In this document: one piece after another, positions 1 through 7,567 of the stretch
How the letters are laid out: each line of letters starts with the position of its first letter
How positions within the stretch are numbered: the first letter of the stretch is position 1
Assembly (NCBI GenBank): GCA_016287855.1
Contig: JAEEXS010000001.1
Span: 1-37,256 of the forward strand
Length of the DNA: 37,256 nucleotides
Reading direction: 5' to 3'
Source of the DNA: Clostridia bacterium
GTDB lineage: Bacteria > Bacillota > Clostridia > TANB77 > RGIG9151
The notes under the pieces: generated by a model
What the model was told of the DNA's origin: nothing
Databases searched by the model: none
What the model saw: only the letters and a program-made list of their open reading frames with translations
Position numbers and translations under genes: made by a program

Positions 1-352
1 GTTTGCCAGTATTTGTTATATTGCTTTTGTTTTGGTCAATTTTATATACACCTAAGAATCGAAAATAGCCGTCATTTTTTTCGAAGACGAATCGAGTCTT
101 TTTGGCCATTTCCGAAAGAGGAATCCCTCCCCAGGAAACTACTTTGGTATCAAGTTGTTCTTCAATTATATAATCATTGGAGAACCAATTTCGCCAACCT
201 GCTCTTTCTCTACCATCTATATTAACCATCCAAATATAGGCATTATCACCGTAAAAGTAAATGGTTTTCATCCATTGATTATAATGTGTGCCTATAATAT
301 TATTTAATAATTCAGCATTTGTATCCGCGTAAATGATGTCACCTTTTTTCAT
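1..352 (-). CDS. hypothetical protein, N-terminal fragment (gene runs off the left edge)
   Basis: My own minus-strand translation: ATG at 350-352, open with no stop down to base 1 (MKKGDIIYADTNAELLNNIIGTHYNQWMKTIYFYGDNAYIWMVNIDGRERAGWRNWFSNDYIIEEQLDTKVVSWGGIPLSEMAKKTRFVFEKNDGYFRFLGVYKIDQNKSNITNTGK...). It is not in the ORF track because its stop lies outside the window. Only a weak SD is present and I recognise no family. Confidence 0.45.
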   Translation of the reverse strand, partial: MKKGDIIYADTNAELLNNIIGTHYNQWMKTIYFYGDNAYIWMVNIDGRERAGWRNWFSNDYIIEEQLDTKVVSWGGIPLSEMAKKTRFVFEKNDGYFRFLGVYKIDQNKSNITNTGK

Positions 353-605
353 TTGGATTAAAATTGTCCTTTTGTAGAATCTAATCATTTATATATTCGA
401 CAAAAAATTTGTTATGTCCTAAAATTTTTATTGTTAAATGTTTTAATTAATATAAATTTTTGTCTGATGTAGGCGATTATCCTAAAAACGAGTATTGAGT
501 CATTTTATAAGCAATATATTCGATTAAAAGTGCTATCTAACTAAAACAGATACATTGTGTGCATTATGGCCTTAAGGATGTATCGGAAAAATTTATTGTT
601 TGACA

Positions 606-640
606 TAAAAAAGACCTAAACAAATTGTTTAGGCCTTTTT
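606..640 (-). terminator. intrinsic terminator ending the tRNA cluster
   Basis: Read on the minus strand: AGGCCUAAACA-auu-UGUUUAGGUCU followed by UUUUUUAU. The one non-Watson-Crick position is G-U on the minus strand but A-C on the plus strand. Confidence 0.7.
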
Positions 641-726
641 TGGTGGAAGGAGATGGATTCGAACCATCGAAGTCGACGGACGGCAGATTTACAGTCTGCT
701 CCCTTTAGCCACTCGGGAATCCTTCC
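641..726 (-). tRNA. tRNA-Tyr (anticodon GTA)
   Basis: Reverse complement GGAAGGATTCCCGAGTGGC...GCAGA-CTGTAAA-TCTGC...GATGGTTCGAATCCATC-TCCTTCC-A-CCA. It has a 7-bp acceptor stem, a long variable arm and an encoded CCA. Confidence 0.92.
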
Positions 727-766
727 ATATGATAGCTAATATTGGATTGGCTTATTAAAGTTCAAA

Positions 767-842
767 TGGAGCTGGCTAACGGAATCGAACCATCAACCTG
801 CTGATTACAAATCAGCTGCTCTGCCAGTTGAGCTAAGCCAGC
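767..842 (-). tRNA. tRNA-Thr (anticodon TGT)
   Basis: Reverse complement GCTGGCTTAGCTCAACTGGCAGAGC-A-GCTGA-TTTGTAA-TCAGC...TTCGATT...AGCCAGC-T-CCA. Cloverleaf folded by hand; the T stem contains two G-U pairs. Confidence 0.88.
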
Positions 843-850
843 ATAGTAAT

Positions 851-926
851 TGGTGCCTTGGGGCGGAATCGAACCACCGACACGGGGATTTTCAGTCCCC
901 TGCTCTACCGACTGAGCTACCAAGGC
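851..926 (-). tRNA. tRNA-Phe (anticodon GAA)
   Basis: Reverse complement GCCTTGGTAGCTCAGTCGGTAGAGCA-GGGGA-CTGAAAA-TCCCC...GGTTCGATTCC...CCAAGGC-A-CCA. Confidence 0.93.
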
Positions 927-974
927 ATAACACCCTTAAAGTAAAATAGTTAACTCTTTCGGGTTAACTATCTT

Positions 975-1051
975 TGGCGACCCGAATGGGGCTCGAACCC
1001 ATGACCTCCAGCGTGACAGGCTGGCGCTCTAACCAGCTGAGCTACCGGGCC
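975..1051 (-). tRNA. tRNA-Asp (anticodon GTC)
   Basis: Reverse complement GGCCCGGTAGCTCAGCTGGTTAGAGCG-CCAGC-CTGTCAC-GCTGG...GGTTCGAGCCC...TCGGGTC-G-CCA. Confidence 0.92.
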
Positions 1052-1067
1052 AAATATTAAGTCAGAA

Positions 1068-1143
1068 TGGTGGGGGCAATAGGACTCGAACCTATGACCA
1101 CCTGCTTGTAAGGCAGATGCTCTACCAGCTGAGCTATACCCCC
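1068..1143 (-). tRNA. tRNA-Val (anticodon TAC)
   Basis: Reverse complement GGGGGTATAGCTCAGCTGGTAGAGCA-TCTGC-CTTACAA-GCAGG...GGTTCGAGTCC...TGCCCCC-A-CCA. Confidence 0.92.
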
Positions 1144-1163
1144 TCATTGAACTGACAAGTAAT

Positions 1164-1192
1164 AATATATAAGATTCTGAATAAAATGTCAA
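1164..1192 (-). promoter_or_regulatory. sigma-A type promoter for the Val-Asp-Phe-Thr-Tyr tRNA cluster
   Basis: Minus strand TTGACA (1187-1192), 17-bp spacer, TATATT (1164-1169), about 20 nt upstream of tRNA-Val. Confidence 0.6.
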
Positions 1193-1266
1193 TATAAAAT
1201 CATAATTTTTTTATATTTTTTTGGATTATTCTCCATAATTACACTATTTATTGAAAGAGGTTTAAT

Positions 1267-1899
1267 ATGACTTTATATTATCGAAGAAGGCGTAGGCGAA
1301 TAATTTTATTCATAATTTTACCCTTAATAATTACTTTTTTAGCAATATACTTTTATTCAGAAATCTCAAGAAATTTCGTAGACTTAAGCCAAGAAAAAGT
1401 CTATTCTGCCTGTTTTAACCTAATAAATTCTGTTATATCAGATAAAATTTCTGAAATAGGTACAGAAAATATTATTGAATATAAATATGATTCTAATGGT
1501 TCAATCATCGCAGTAAATGCAAATGTAGTTGCAATGAACATTTTAAACACAAAAATTGCGGAAGAAATAACAAACAACTTGTCAAAACTAAACAATCTCT
1601 ATGTAAAAATTCCACTTGGAAGTTTTTTCTCCAGCAATATATTGGCAGGAGTCGGTCCAGATATTCCAATTCGTATACTTCCTTTAAGTATAGTTCATAC
1701 AGAATACAATACCGAATTTACATCTACTGGAATCAACCAAACTCAACACAAAATATTTATAAAAATAAATTGCACAGTTGGTGTTTTATCTTCGTTATCT
1801 AGTCGCACACAAGAAATAAATATCGAAATCCCTATTGCTGAAACTATAATTATTGGAAACGTACCTCAAACATTTTTTCAAGTTCCACAGCAAAACTAA
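1267..1899 (+). CDS. yunB: sporulation protein YunB-like
   Basis: 210-aa ORF with an arginine-rich N-terminus and one TM segment. A later stretch KIPLGSFFSSNILAGVGPDIPIRILP...TGINQTQHKIFIKI resembles the YunB family as I remember it. SD is AAAGAGG. Confidence 0.65.
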   Translation: MTLYYRRRRRRIILFIILPLIITFLAIYFYSEISRNFVDLSQEKVYSACFNLINSVISDKISEIGTENIIEYKYDSNGSIIAVNANVVAMNILNTKIAEEITNNLSKLNNLYVKIPLGSFFSSNILAGVGPDIPIRILPLSIVHTEYNTEFTSTGINQTQHKIFIKINCTVGVLSSLSSRTQEINIEIPIAETIIIGNVPQTFFQVPQQN

Positions 1900-2111
1900 T
1901 TTATTAAATTACATATATCTCCCACAGTGACACATTTAGACAATTCTTCCTCTGTAACAGTTGTTCCCCTTACTACCAATTCCATTTGCAAATTTAATAT
2001 ATTAAGTGATTCCCAACCCTCTAAAGTATTTAATTTCGTATCTTCCTGCAAAGAATATTCCGGTGCATATATTACCTTTTCAATTAATTCAATTTTCTCA
2101 TCAGTTGTCAT
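1896..2111 (-). CDS. acyl/peptidyl carrier protein-like (DltC-like small carrier)
   Basis: 71 aa and acidic, with a helix-II-like motif LEGWESLNILNLQMEL. The (D/E)-S-L serine sits where a phosphopantetheine attachment site would be. It starts 2 nt after the stop of the upstream SGNH-like gene. Confidence 0.6.
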   Translation of the reverse strand: MTTDEKIELIEKVIYAPEYSLQEDTKLNTLEGWESLNILNLQMELVVRGTTVTEEELSKCVTVGDICNLIN

Positions 2112-2112
2112 G

Positions 2113-3531
2113 CTACTCCTCCTTTTTTATCTCTTTCGCAATTATTTCAGATAATTTATTCGCACCATTGATATTTAAATGATCATAATCTTGGAAATCG
2201 TTTTCGTTAAATTCATCTGATTCAAATAAATTTATTAAAGTACAACATTTATGTGCTTCTACAACTGGCAAAACCAATTGATTATACGAATTTACCATAT
2301 CTTTTGAGATACTAGCTCTATAAAACTTCGTAGCCGGCGGAACAAATAAAATTACCTTCTTATTTAGCTCCTCCATGTTATCCAAAAACTTATCTAATAA
2401 CTTTTGATTATATATTCCCCTATCTAAATTAAAATTCGTATTATGACCTTCCGCACGAATTTTACCAGCAGCAAAATTTTGCTCATCAGTCTTTTCTTTA
2501 AAATCATAACTAAGCATTCCGCCAGCTGGTCTTTGATTTATCCTATTGTAATATGGCATATTCTCTAATTCTCGCATAAGTGCATTATTATAAATATCTC
2601 TAACTGCTGTTATATCCGCCACAATCTCGTAAATTGGCAAATCAGTCGTCCTTGTATAAACTGGTTCTAACTCGCCAGTATATCCATGCAATTTATTGAA
2701 AACTGGATAATCTACTTTGCTTAAAATTGAAAGCATATAATCTGATGGACTCGCATTCATATCGCTAAAGAAAAAATAATACGCAAAAGATATAACTATT
2801 GTATCTAGCTCTGGTGAGCGCTCTAATGCCTCTTTTACAGACAATAACGTATAATATAAGTCCTGAGCATTAACCGCAACGTTGCTCGCTTTATCTGGCA
2901 TTTTATCTTCTAGTAAACCAACCATTGTATAGCTAGAACCTGCAAGTAAAATCTTACTTTTTTCTTTTTTTATTTTATCTAATTTTGCAGTCAAATAAAG
3001 CCTATCATACGTAAACGGATCTATAGGGTAAATTGTATTTGCTGCTTGAACTAAATCTTCAAAAGTAAGAACAATATCTACCGCATTTTCAAGTTCTTCA
3101 CTTATTTCCTCATTATTCATATACAACAAATACTTTAACTCATCTTGCATATTATATGCTAAATCAATACATTTTTCCTCATCCTCAATAAGAACGATTT
3201 TCATATTTTTGTTGAAAGGCAAATTTACTGTTGGAGTAACAAAAAGTACAATATCTATTTTAGTTAACATCTCACCTTGCATCATTTTTAAAGCCATTTT
3301 TAATCTATTCGTGCTTCTTCTAGTCAATGTTTTTCCCTCTACAATAGTTTGGGCAAGGTTTATTAATTCTTTTTGCACCTCGTTAAAACTTTCTAACTCT
3401 GCAATAAGACTAACACTACTCGTAAGCCAACCTGAAACCTCTTGAACAAGATCAAATAGTTTCGTACTATCGTCTGTATCAAAGCGTTCAATGAGTTGTG
3501 TTACGCATAAAATAGGCAATTTCTCCATCAT
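2113..3531 (-). CDS. SGNH/DltD-like hydrolase or acyltransferase with an unrecognised N-terminal domain
   Basis: ORF track gives 2113..3579. I prefer the ATG at 3529-3531 (MMEKLPIL...) because GGGAGGAG lies immediately upstream. The C-terminal half has LLAGSSYTMVG (block-I-like G-S-S) and DYDHLNINGANKLS (block-V-like DxxH). No TM segment is present, and the N-terminal ~190 aa are unrecognised. Confidence 0.55.
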   Translation of the reverse strand: MMEKLPILCVTQLIERFDTDDSTKLFDLVQEVSGWLTSSVSLIAELESFNEVQKELINLAQTIVEGKTLTRRSTNRLKMALKMMQGEMLTKIDIVLFVTPTVNLPFNKNMKIVLIEDEEKCIDLAYNMQDELKYLLYMNNEEISEELENAVDIVLTFEDLVQAANTIYPIDPFTYDRLYLTAKLDKIKKEKSKILLAGSSYTMVGLLEDKMPDKASNVAVNAQDLYYTLLSVKEALERSPELDTIVISFAYYFFFSDMNASPSDYMLSILSKVDYPVFNKLHGYTGELEPVYTRTTDLPIYEIVADITAVRDIYNNALMRELENMPYYNRINQRPAGGMLSYDFKEKTDEQNFAAGKIRAEGHNTNFNLDRGIYNQKLLDKFLDNMEELNKKVILFVPPATKFYRASISKDMVNSYNQLVLPVVEAHKCCTLINLFESDEFNENDFQDYDHLNINGANKLSEIIAKEIKKEE

Positions 3532-3600
3532 TACTCCTCCCAACAAACCCATTATACAAAACCAAAAGGGAATTGACAATATATCAACTCCCTTTAATTT

Positions 3601-6240
3601 TTACTTCATAGCTTCAATTCTCTTTTCAATACCAGCTAAAATATCTTTTAACTCATTAACTCTATCTTTTATTTCCTTAACTTTTGCCTCAGGTGCTTTT
3701 GTTATAAAGCCAGTATTAGAAAGCATTGCACTTAATTTATCAAATTCAGCTGTTGCTTTTTCTTTCTCTTTTTCTAAACGAGATAACTCTGCCTCTTTAT
3801 CTATTAACTCTTCTAGCGGAATATATGCCTCTATTCCAGGTCCCATAATAGATATCGCATTTTCAGGAATGTTCTCTTTTTCTTCCTCTATTATTATTTC
3901 CTCTGCAAAGCCTAATTTCTTTATAAACAAATCTCCACCTAAAATCGTATCTTTTGCAGTCTTTGTAACAAAAATTATCTTAGACTTTTTCGCAGGGTGA
4001 ATATTCATATTTGCCCTTGCATTTCTTATGCCAGTTATTATTGTCTTTATTACCTCAATTTGTTCCTCTTCTTTAGTAAAATCGAATTTACTTTCAGCCT
4101 TAGGCCAAGAAGATAACATTATTGTTTTCTCAGCTCCAATTAATTTTGTATATATTTCTTCAGTAACAAAAGGCATAAATGGATGTAATAACTTTAATGA
4201 TTGTGTCAAAACATGATTTAATGTAAATTCAGCCTCAAGTCTTGTTGGATGATTTAAATCATATAATCTTGGTTTTACCATTTCAATATACCAATCGCAG
4301 AACTCATCCCAGATAAAGTTATATATTTTTTCTAATGCAACACCCAAATCATAGTTATTTATATTTTCTGTTACTTCAGAAATAAGTCTATTTAACTTAC
4401 CTAAAATCCACTTATCTTCTACTGCAAGTTTATTAATATCGTAATTAAATATTTCCTCGTCTTTTGTTAAGTTCATTAAAACAAACTTTGCAGCATTCCA
4501 AATCTTATTACCGAAATTAGCAGCTGATTCTAATTTTTCAGGTAAGTATCTTAAATCATTTCCTGGAGACGTATTTTGAACTAGTGAAAATCTTAAAGCA
4601 TCAGTTCCGTATTTATCAATAACTTCAATAGGATCAATTCCATTTCCTAAAGATTTAGACATCTTACGTCCCTGACTATCTCTTACTATACCATGAATAA
4701 ATACTGTATTAAATGGTGTTTCTCCCATATGCTCTATACCTGAGAAAATCATTCTTGCAACCCAGAAGAAAATTATATCGTATCCTGTTACTAATGTTGA
4801 AGTAGGATAGAAATATTTTAAATCTTCTGTTTCTTCTGGATAACCCAAAGTTGAGAATGGCCATAATGCAGAGCTAAACCATGTATCTAGCGTTCCTTCA
4901 TCTTGAGTAAAATGAGTATCTCCACATTTAGGACATTTATCTGGCATACTTTCTTTTACTACAATTTCGCCACATTTATCGCAGTAATATGCTGGTATTC
5001 TGTGGCCCCACCAAATTTGTCTAGAAATACACCAGTCTTGAATGTTTTCCATCCAGTTATAATAAGTCTTTGCAAATCTATCTGGAACGAATTTAGTTTT
5101 TCCTTCTTTTACTGCTTTTATAGCAGGTTCAGCAAGTGGTTTCATTTTTACGAACCATTGTTCAGATGGCTTTGGTTCTATCGATGTATGACATCTATAG
5201 CATTTTCCAACGTTATGAGTATAATCTTCAACCTTTACTAAAACTCCTAATTTTTCTAAATCTTTAACGATTTCTTCTCTTGCAGTTAAGGTATCCATTC
5301 CTTGGTATTTAGGAACAATATCTAGCATTTTTGCTTCATCGTCAAATACATCTATTATCTCTAAATCATGTCTTAAAGCAGTTGCATAGTCGTTTGGATC
5401 ATGTGCCGGTGTAATTTTAACAGCACCTGTTCCAAATTCTTTTTCAACGAAATCATCTGCAACTATTGGAATCTCTTTATTAACTAGTGGTAAAACTACT
5501 GTTTTTCCTACTAAGTCTTTATATCTTTCATCGTCTGGGTGAACTGCAACAGCAGTATCTCCAAGCATTGTTTCAGGTCTTGTTGTTGCAACAATTACAC
5601 TGTATTTTCCATCTTTTGATGAATACCTTATATGCCATAAATGACTTGCCTCTTCTTCAAACTCAACCTCAGCATCTGAAATTGCAGTTTTACAACAAGG
5701 GCACCAATTAGTCATTCTCTTTCCTTTATAAATTAAGCCTTTATCATATAATTTTACAAAAACTTTAAGTACAGCTTTAGACAAGCCCTCATCCATTGTA
5801 AATCTTTCTCTATCCCAATCACATGAACAACCAATTTTTCTAAGTTGTCTTACAATAGTTCCACCATATTCTTTTTTCCATTCCCATGCACGTTCTAAGA
5901 ATTTTTCTCTTCCTAAATCATCCTTAGAAACTCCTTCTTTTTTTAGGGCTTCAACAATTTTTGCTTCAGTTGCAATAGCAGCGTGGTCTGTTCCAGGAAC
6001 CCAAAGTGCGTTATATCCCATCATCCTTTTAAATCTTATTAAAATATCTTGAAGGGTATTATCTAGTGCATGACCCATATGTAGCTTTCCTGTTATATTT
6101 GGAGGAGGCATCACTATCGTAAAAGGCTCCTTACTTTTGTCTGGTTCAGCTTTAAAATATCCCTTACTTTCCCATTCGTTATAAAGTTTTTCTTCAAAAT
6201 CTTTTGGAGTGTACTTATTTTCTAATTCTCCCTTACTCAT
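3601..6240 (-). CDS. valS: valine--tRNA ligase
   Basis: HMGH (HIGH-type) and KMSKS motifs, CP1 editing domain, C-terminal coiled coil. Start is placed at MSKGELENKY (6238-6240) behind AAAGGGA. The upstream 14 codons of the track ORF overlap the T-box terminator. Confidence 0.97.
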   Translation of the reverse strand: MSKGELENKYTPKDFEEKLYNEWESKGYFKAEPDKSKEPFTIVMPPPNITGKLHMGHALDNTLQDILIRFKRMMGYNALWVPGTDHAAIATEAKIVEALKKEGVSKDDLGREKFLERAWEWKKEYGGTIVRQLRKIGCSCDWDRERFTMDEGLSKAVLKVFVKLYDKGLIYKGKRMTNWCPCCKTAISDAEVEFEEEASHLWHIRYSSKDGKYSVIVATTRPETMLGDTAVAVHPDDERYKDLVGKTVVLPLVNKEIPIVADDFVEKEFGTGAVKITPAHDPNDYATALRHDLEIIDVFDDEAKMLDIVPKYQGMDTLTAREEIVKDLEKLGVLVKVEDYTHNVGKCYRCHTSIEPKPSEQWFVKMKPLAEPAIKAVKEGKTKFVPDRFAKTYYNWMENIQDWCISRQIWWGHRIPAYYCDKCGEIVVKESMPDKCPKCGDTHFTQDEGTLDTWFSSALWPFSTLGYPEETEDLKYFYPTSTLVTGYDIIFFWVARMIFSGIEHMGETPFNTVFIHGIVRDSQGRKMSKSLGNGIDPIEVIDKYGTDALRFSLVQNTSPGNDLRYLPEKLESAANFGNKIWNAAKFVLMNLTKDEEIFNYDINKLAVEDKWILGKLNRLISEVTENINNYDLGVALEKIYNFIWDEFCDWYIEMVKPRLYDLNHPTRLEAEFTLNHVLTQSLKLLHPFMPFVTEEIYTKLIGAEKTIMLSSWPKAESKFDFTKEEEQIEVIKTIITGIRNARANMNIHPAKKSKIIFVTKTAKDTILGGDLFIKKLGFAEEIIIEEEKENIPENAISIMGPGIEAYIPLEELIDKEAELSRLEKEKEKATAEFDKLSAMLSNTGFITKAPEAKVKEIKDRVNELKDILAGIEKRIEAMK

Positions 6241-6264
6241 CTTAATCACATCCCTTTCTAACTG

Positions 6265-6502
6265 TAAAACAAAAAACGTCATCCTAAAAAGGACGACGTT
6301 GTCGTGGTACCACCTTAATTCGTAATAAACATATTACCTCAAAATATTTAACGCATATTACACGGCATACTCTACTCAATTTCAAATATGCAACTCCCAA
6401 GCTACCTTCAATTGTTAAAATTAAGAAAAGCTCTCAGCCGGTGACTTTTCATTTCTGTTAATTTGTTGCAATTTACTCCTCTTGTTCACAGTTTTTCAAT
6501 AT
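6265..6502 (-). promoter_or_regulatory. T-box leader (Val specifier) with promoter and terminator/antiterminator
   Basis: Minus strand:
- promoter TTGACA (6532-6537), 17 bp, TATATT (6509-6514)
- specifier-loop-like GAAAAGUCA (GUC = Val)
- AGAGA and AGUA-type boxes
- T-box sequence AAUUAAGGUGGUACCACG
- terminator ACGUCGUCCUUUUUAGGAUGACGUUUUUUG (6271-6300). Confidence 0.88.
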
Positions 6503-6542
6503 GCAAATAATATACCAAAAAAGCAAAAATTTGTCAATATGT

Positions 6543-6586
6543 AAAAAAGAAAGAGCGAAAAACTATATTTCAAGTTTTTCGCTCTA
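6543..6586 (-). terminator. intrinsic terminator after the sigma-factor gene
   Basis: Minus strand AGAGCGAAAAAC-loop-GUUUUUCGCUCU (12-bp stem) followed by UUCUUUUUU. Confidence 0.8.
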
Positions 6587-6591
6587 AGTTT

Positions 6592-7221
6592 TTAATAATC
6601 CCAATTTTGAATTGTCGTGCTCAAGCATCGCGTGATTTTTTCTAGCCCACGATATTTCAGGATCTGAACATTGCCTCTTGACATTCCCAACTTATGGGCA
6701 ACCTCCACTTCAGTAGAAGCTGGTCCACCTGGAGTAAAAAGTTCATACAACACTTCATATTCTTTCGGCGTCAATAAAGCTTTGAACCGCTTAAAAATAT
6801 AATATGCTGTACTTGACCAACATGCCATCTCATGAGCTTCCTCAATCCCACCGTCAGTAGGGATAACTCCAACCTCATCTAAAGGAATTATAACGTACTC
6901 GTTTCTGCCTCTTTTCTCAACTAGATTACGCTTTATTGCGCCTTGTATACAAAGCACAACGTAATCATTAAACCCGCCCAGTGAAGGTTCATAAGCTCTT
7001 ATTGCTTTTAACGCTCCAAGATACGCCGCACTCTCGAAGTCATCCAAATCCAGGATGTCTCTTCGACTACCTTCGTATGCCTCGTAAGACAATAGGGCAG
7101 TCCTCTTGATTAACCTTTTTAATCGCAATATTACTTCTGTTTCCCACTTCTCATCTCTTTCCTCCTTTGGGACTGATAAAAAATAGGAGACCTCATGCTT
7201 CCTCAACGTCCTTCCTGCCAT
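6592..7221 (-). CDS. sigma-70 family RNA polymerase sigma factor (region 2 plus region 4), stand-alone
   Basis: Region-2-like DLDDFESAAYLGALKAIRAYEPSLGGFNDYVVLCIQGAIKRNL and region-4 HTH LTPKEYEVLYELF...VAHKLGMSRGNVQILKYRGLEKI. The ATG at 7219-7221 lies 11 nt after GGAAGGAG; the track start at 7233 is a GTG abutting the SD. The gene is visibly G+C-richer than its neighbours. Confidence 0.75.
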   Translation of the reverse strand: MAGRTLRKHEVSYFLSVPKEERDEKWETEVILRLKRLIKRTALLSYEAYEGSRRDILDLDDFESAAYLGALKAIRAYEPSLGGFNDYVVLCIQGAIKRNLVEKRGRNEYVIIPLDEVGVIPTDGGIEEAHEMACWSSTAYYIFKRFKALLTPKEYEVLYELFTPGGPASTEVEVAHKLGMSRGNVQILKYRGLEKITRCLSTTIQNWDY

Positions 7222-7297
7222 TGTGCAATGCACTCCTTCCTATTTAACGTCCTATGATTTCACAATATCATATATCCCCCTATTAATTTCCGAATAG

Positions 7298-7326
7298 ATT
7301 ATATCAAATTATGTCAACGAGGTCAA
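7298..7326 (-). promoter_or_regulatory. sigma-A type promoter of the sigma-factor gene
   Basis: Minus strand TTGACC (7321-7326), 17-bp spacer, perfect TATAAT (7298-7303). Confidence 0.6.
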
Positions 7327-7344
7327 GAAAATATTTCCTATCAT

Positions 7345-7419
7345 TTCATAATTCTATTGACTTTTTTCAATCAAGAAAAAATCTTCCATTGTTTTATAAT
7401 TCTATTGACTTTTTCCAAT
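7345..7419. repeat. two-copy direct repeat, 48-bp phase
   Basis: The exact 19-mer ATAATTCTATTGACTTTTT occurs at 7348-7366 and 7396-7414. Flanks are similar (..TT[C/T]ATAATTCTATTGACTTTTT[T/C]CAAT..). Confidence 0.9.
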
Positions 7420-7433
7420 TGAAATATTATCAT
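7405..7433 (+). promoter_or_regulatory. candidate sigma-A promoter for the pyrophosphatase gene
   Basis: TTGACT (7405-7410, inside repeat copy 2), 17-bp spacer, TATCAT (7428-7433). This would give a leader of about 125 nt. Confidence 0.45.
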
Positions 7434-7567
7434 GTATAAGATGAAAGATATGCTTGGTCAAAATTTAAACTTCATTTTTTGCGCATGAAAACCAATGTGT
7501 ATCTGTTTTTTAATATTATTTTTTCATTTTTTGGCGAAATTTGTCAAAATGAAGAGGAGGGGTTTTA

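Noticed and set aside
396-406. Spo0A boxes (TTCGACA = reverse of TGTCGAA) at about 398-404 and 31549-31555, and a DnaA-box-like TTATCCAC at about 20463-20470
   Set aside because: Single 7-8-mers are expected several times by chance in 37 kb on two strands. There is no clustering and no supporting context.
968-1192. 74-aa minus-strand ORF
   Set aside because: It lies entirely over tRNA-Asp and tRNA-Val and is a translation artefact of tRNA sequence.
3491-4000. Antisense ORFs inside real genes: 3491-4000, 4903-5241, 12218-12748, 13270-13803, 16525-16935, 18453-18866, 24958-25257, 31670-32140, 36378-36890 and others
   Set aside because: Each lies opposite a strongly supported CDS. They have low-complexity Ile/Phe/Ser-rich translations typical of AT-rich antisense frames and lack an SD.
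7345-7419. CRISPR array or mobile-element terminal repeat
   Set aside because: There are only two direct copies with a 48-bp period, no cas genes or transposase, and no inverted repeats. It is treated as a promoter/operator duplication instead.
7522-7554. Hairpin UUUCAUUUU-15 nt-AAAAUGAAG abutting the hppA SD as a riboregulator
   Set aside because: Nine almost purely A-U pairs with a 15-nt loop give marginal stability. It only touches the first G of the SD, and such pairings arise easily by chance in AT-rich DNA.
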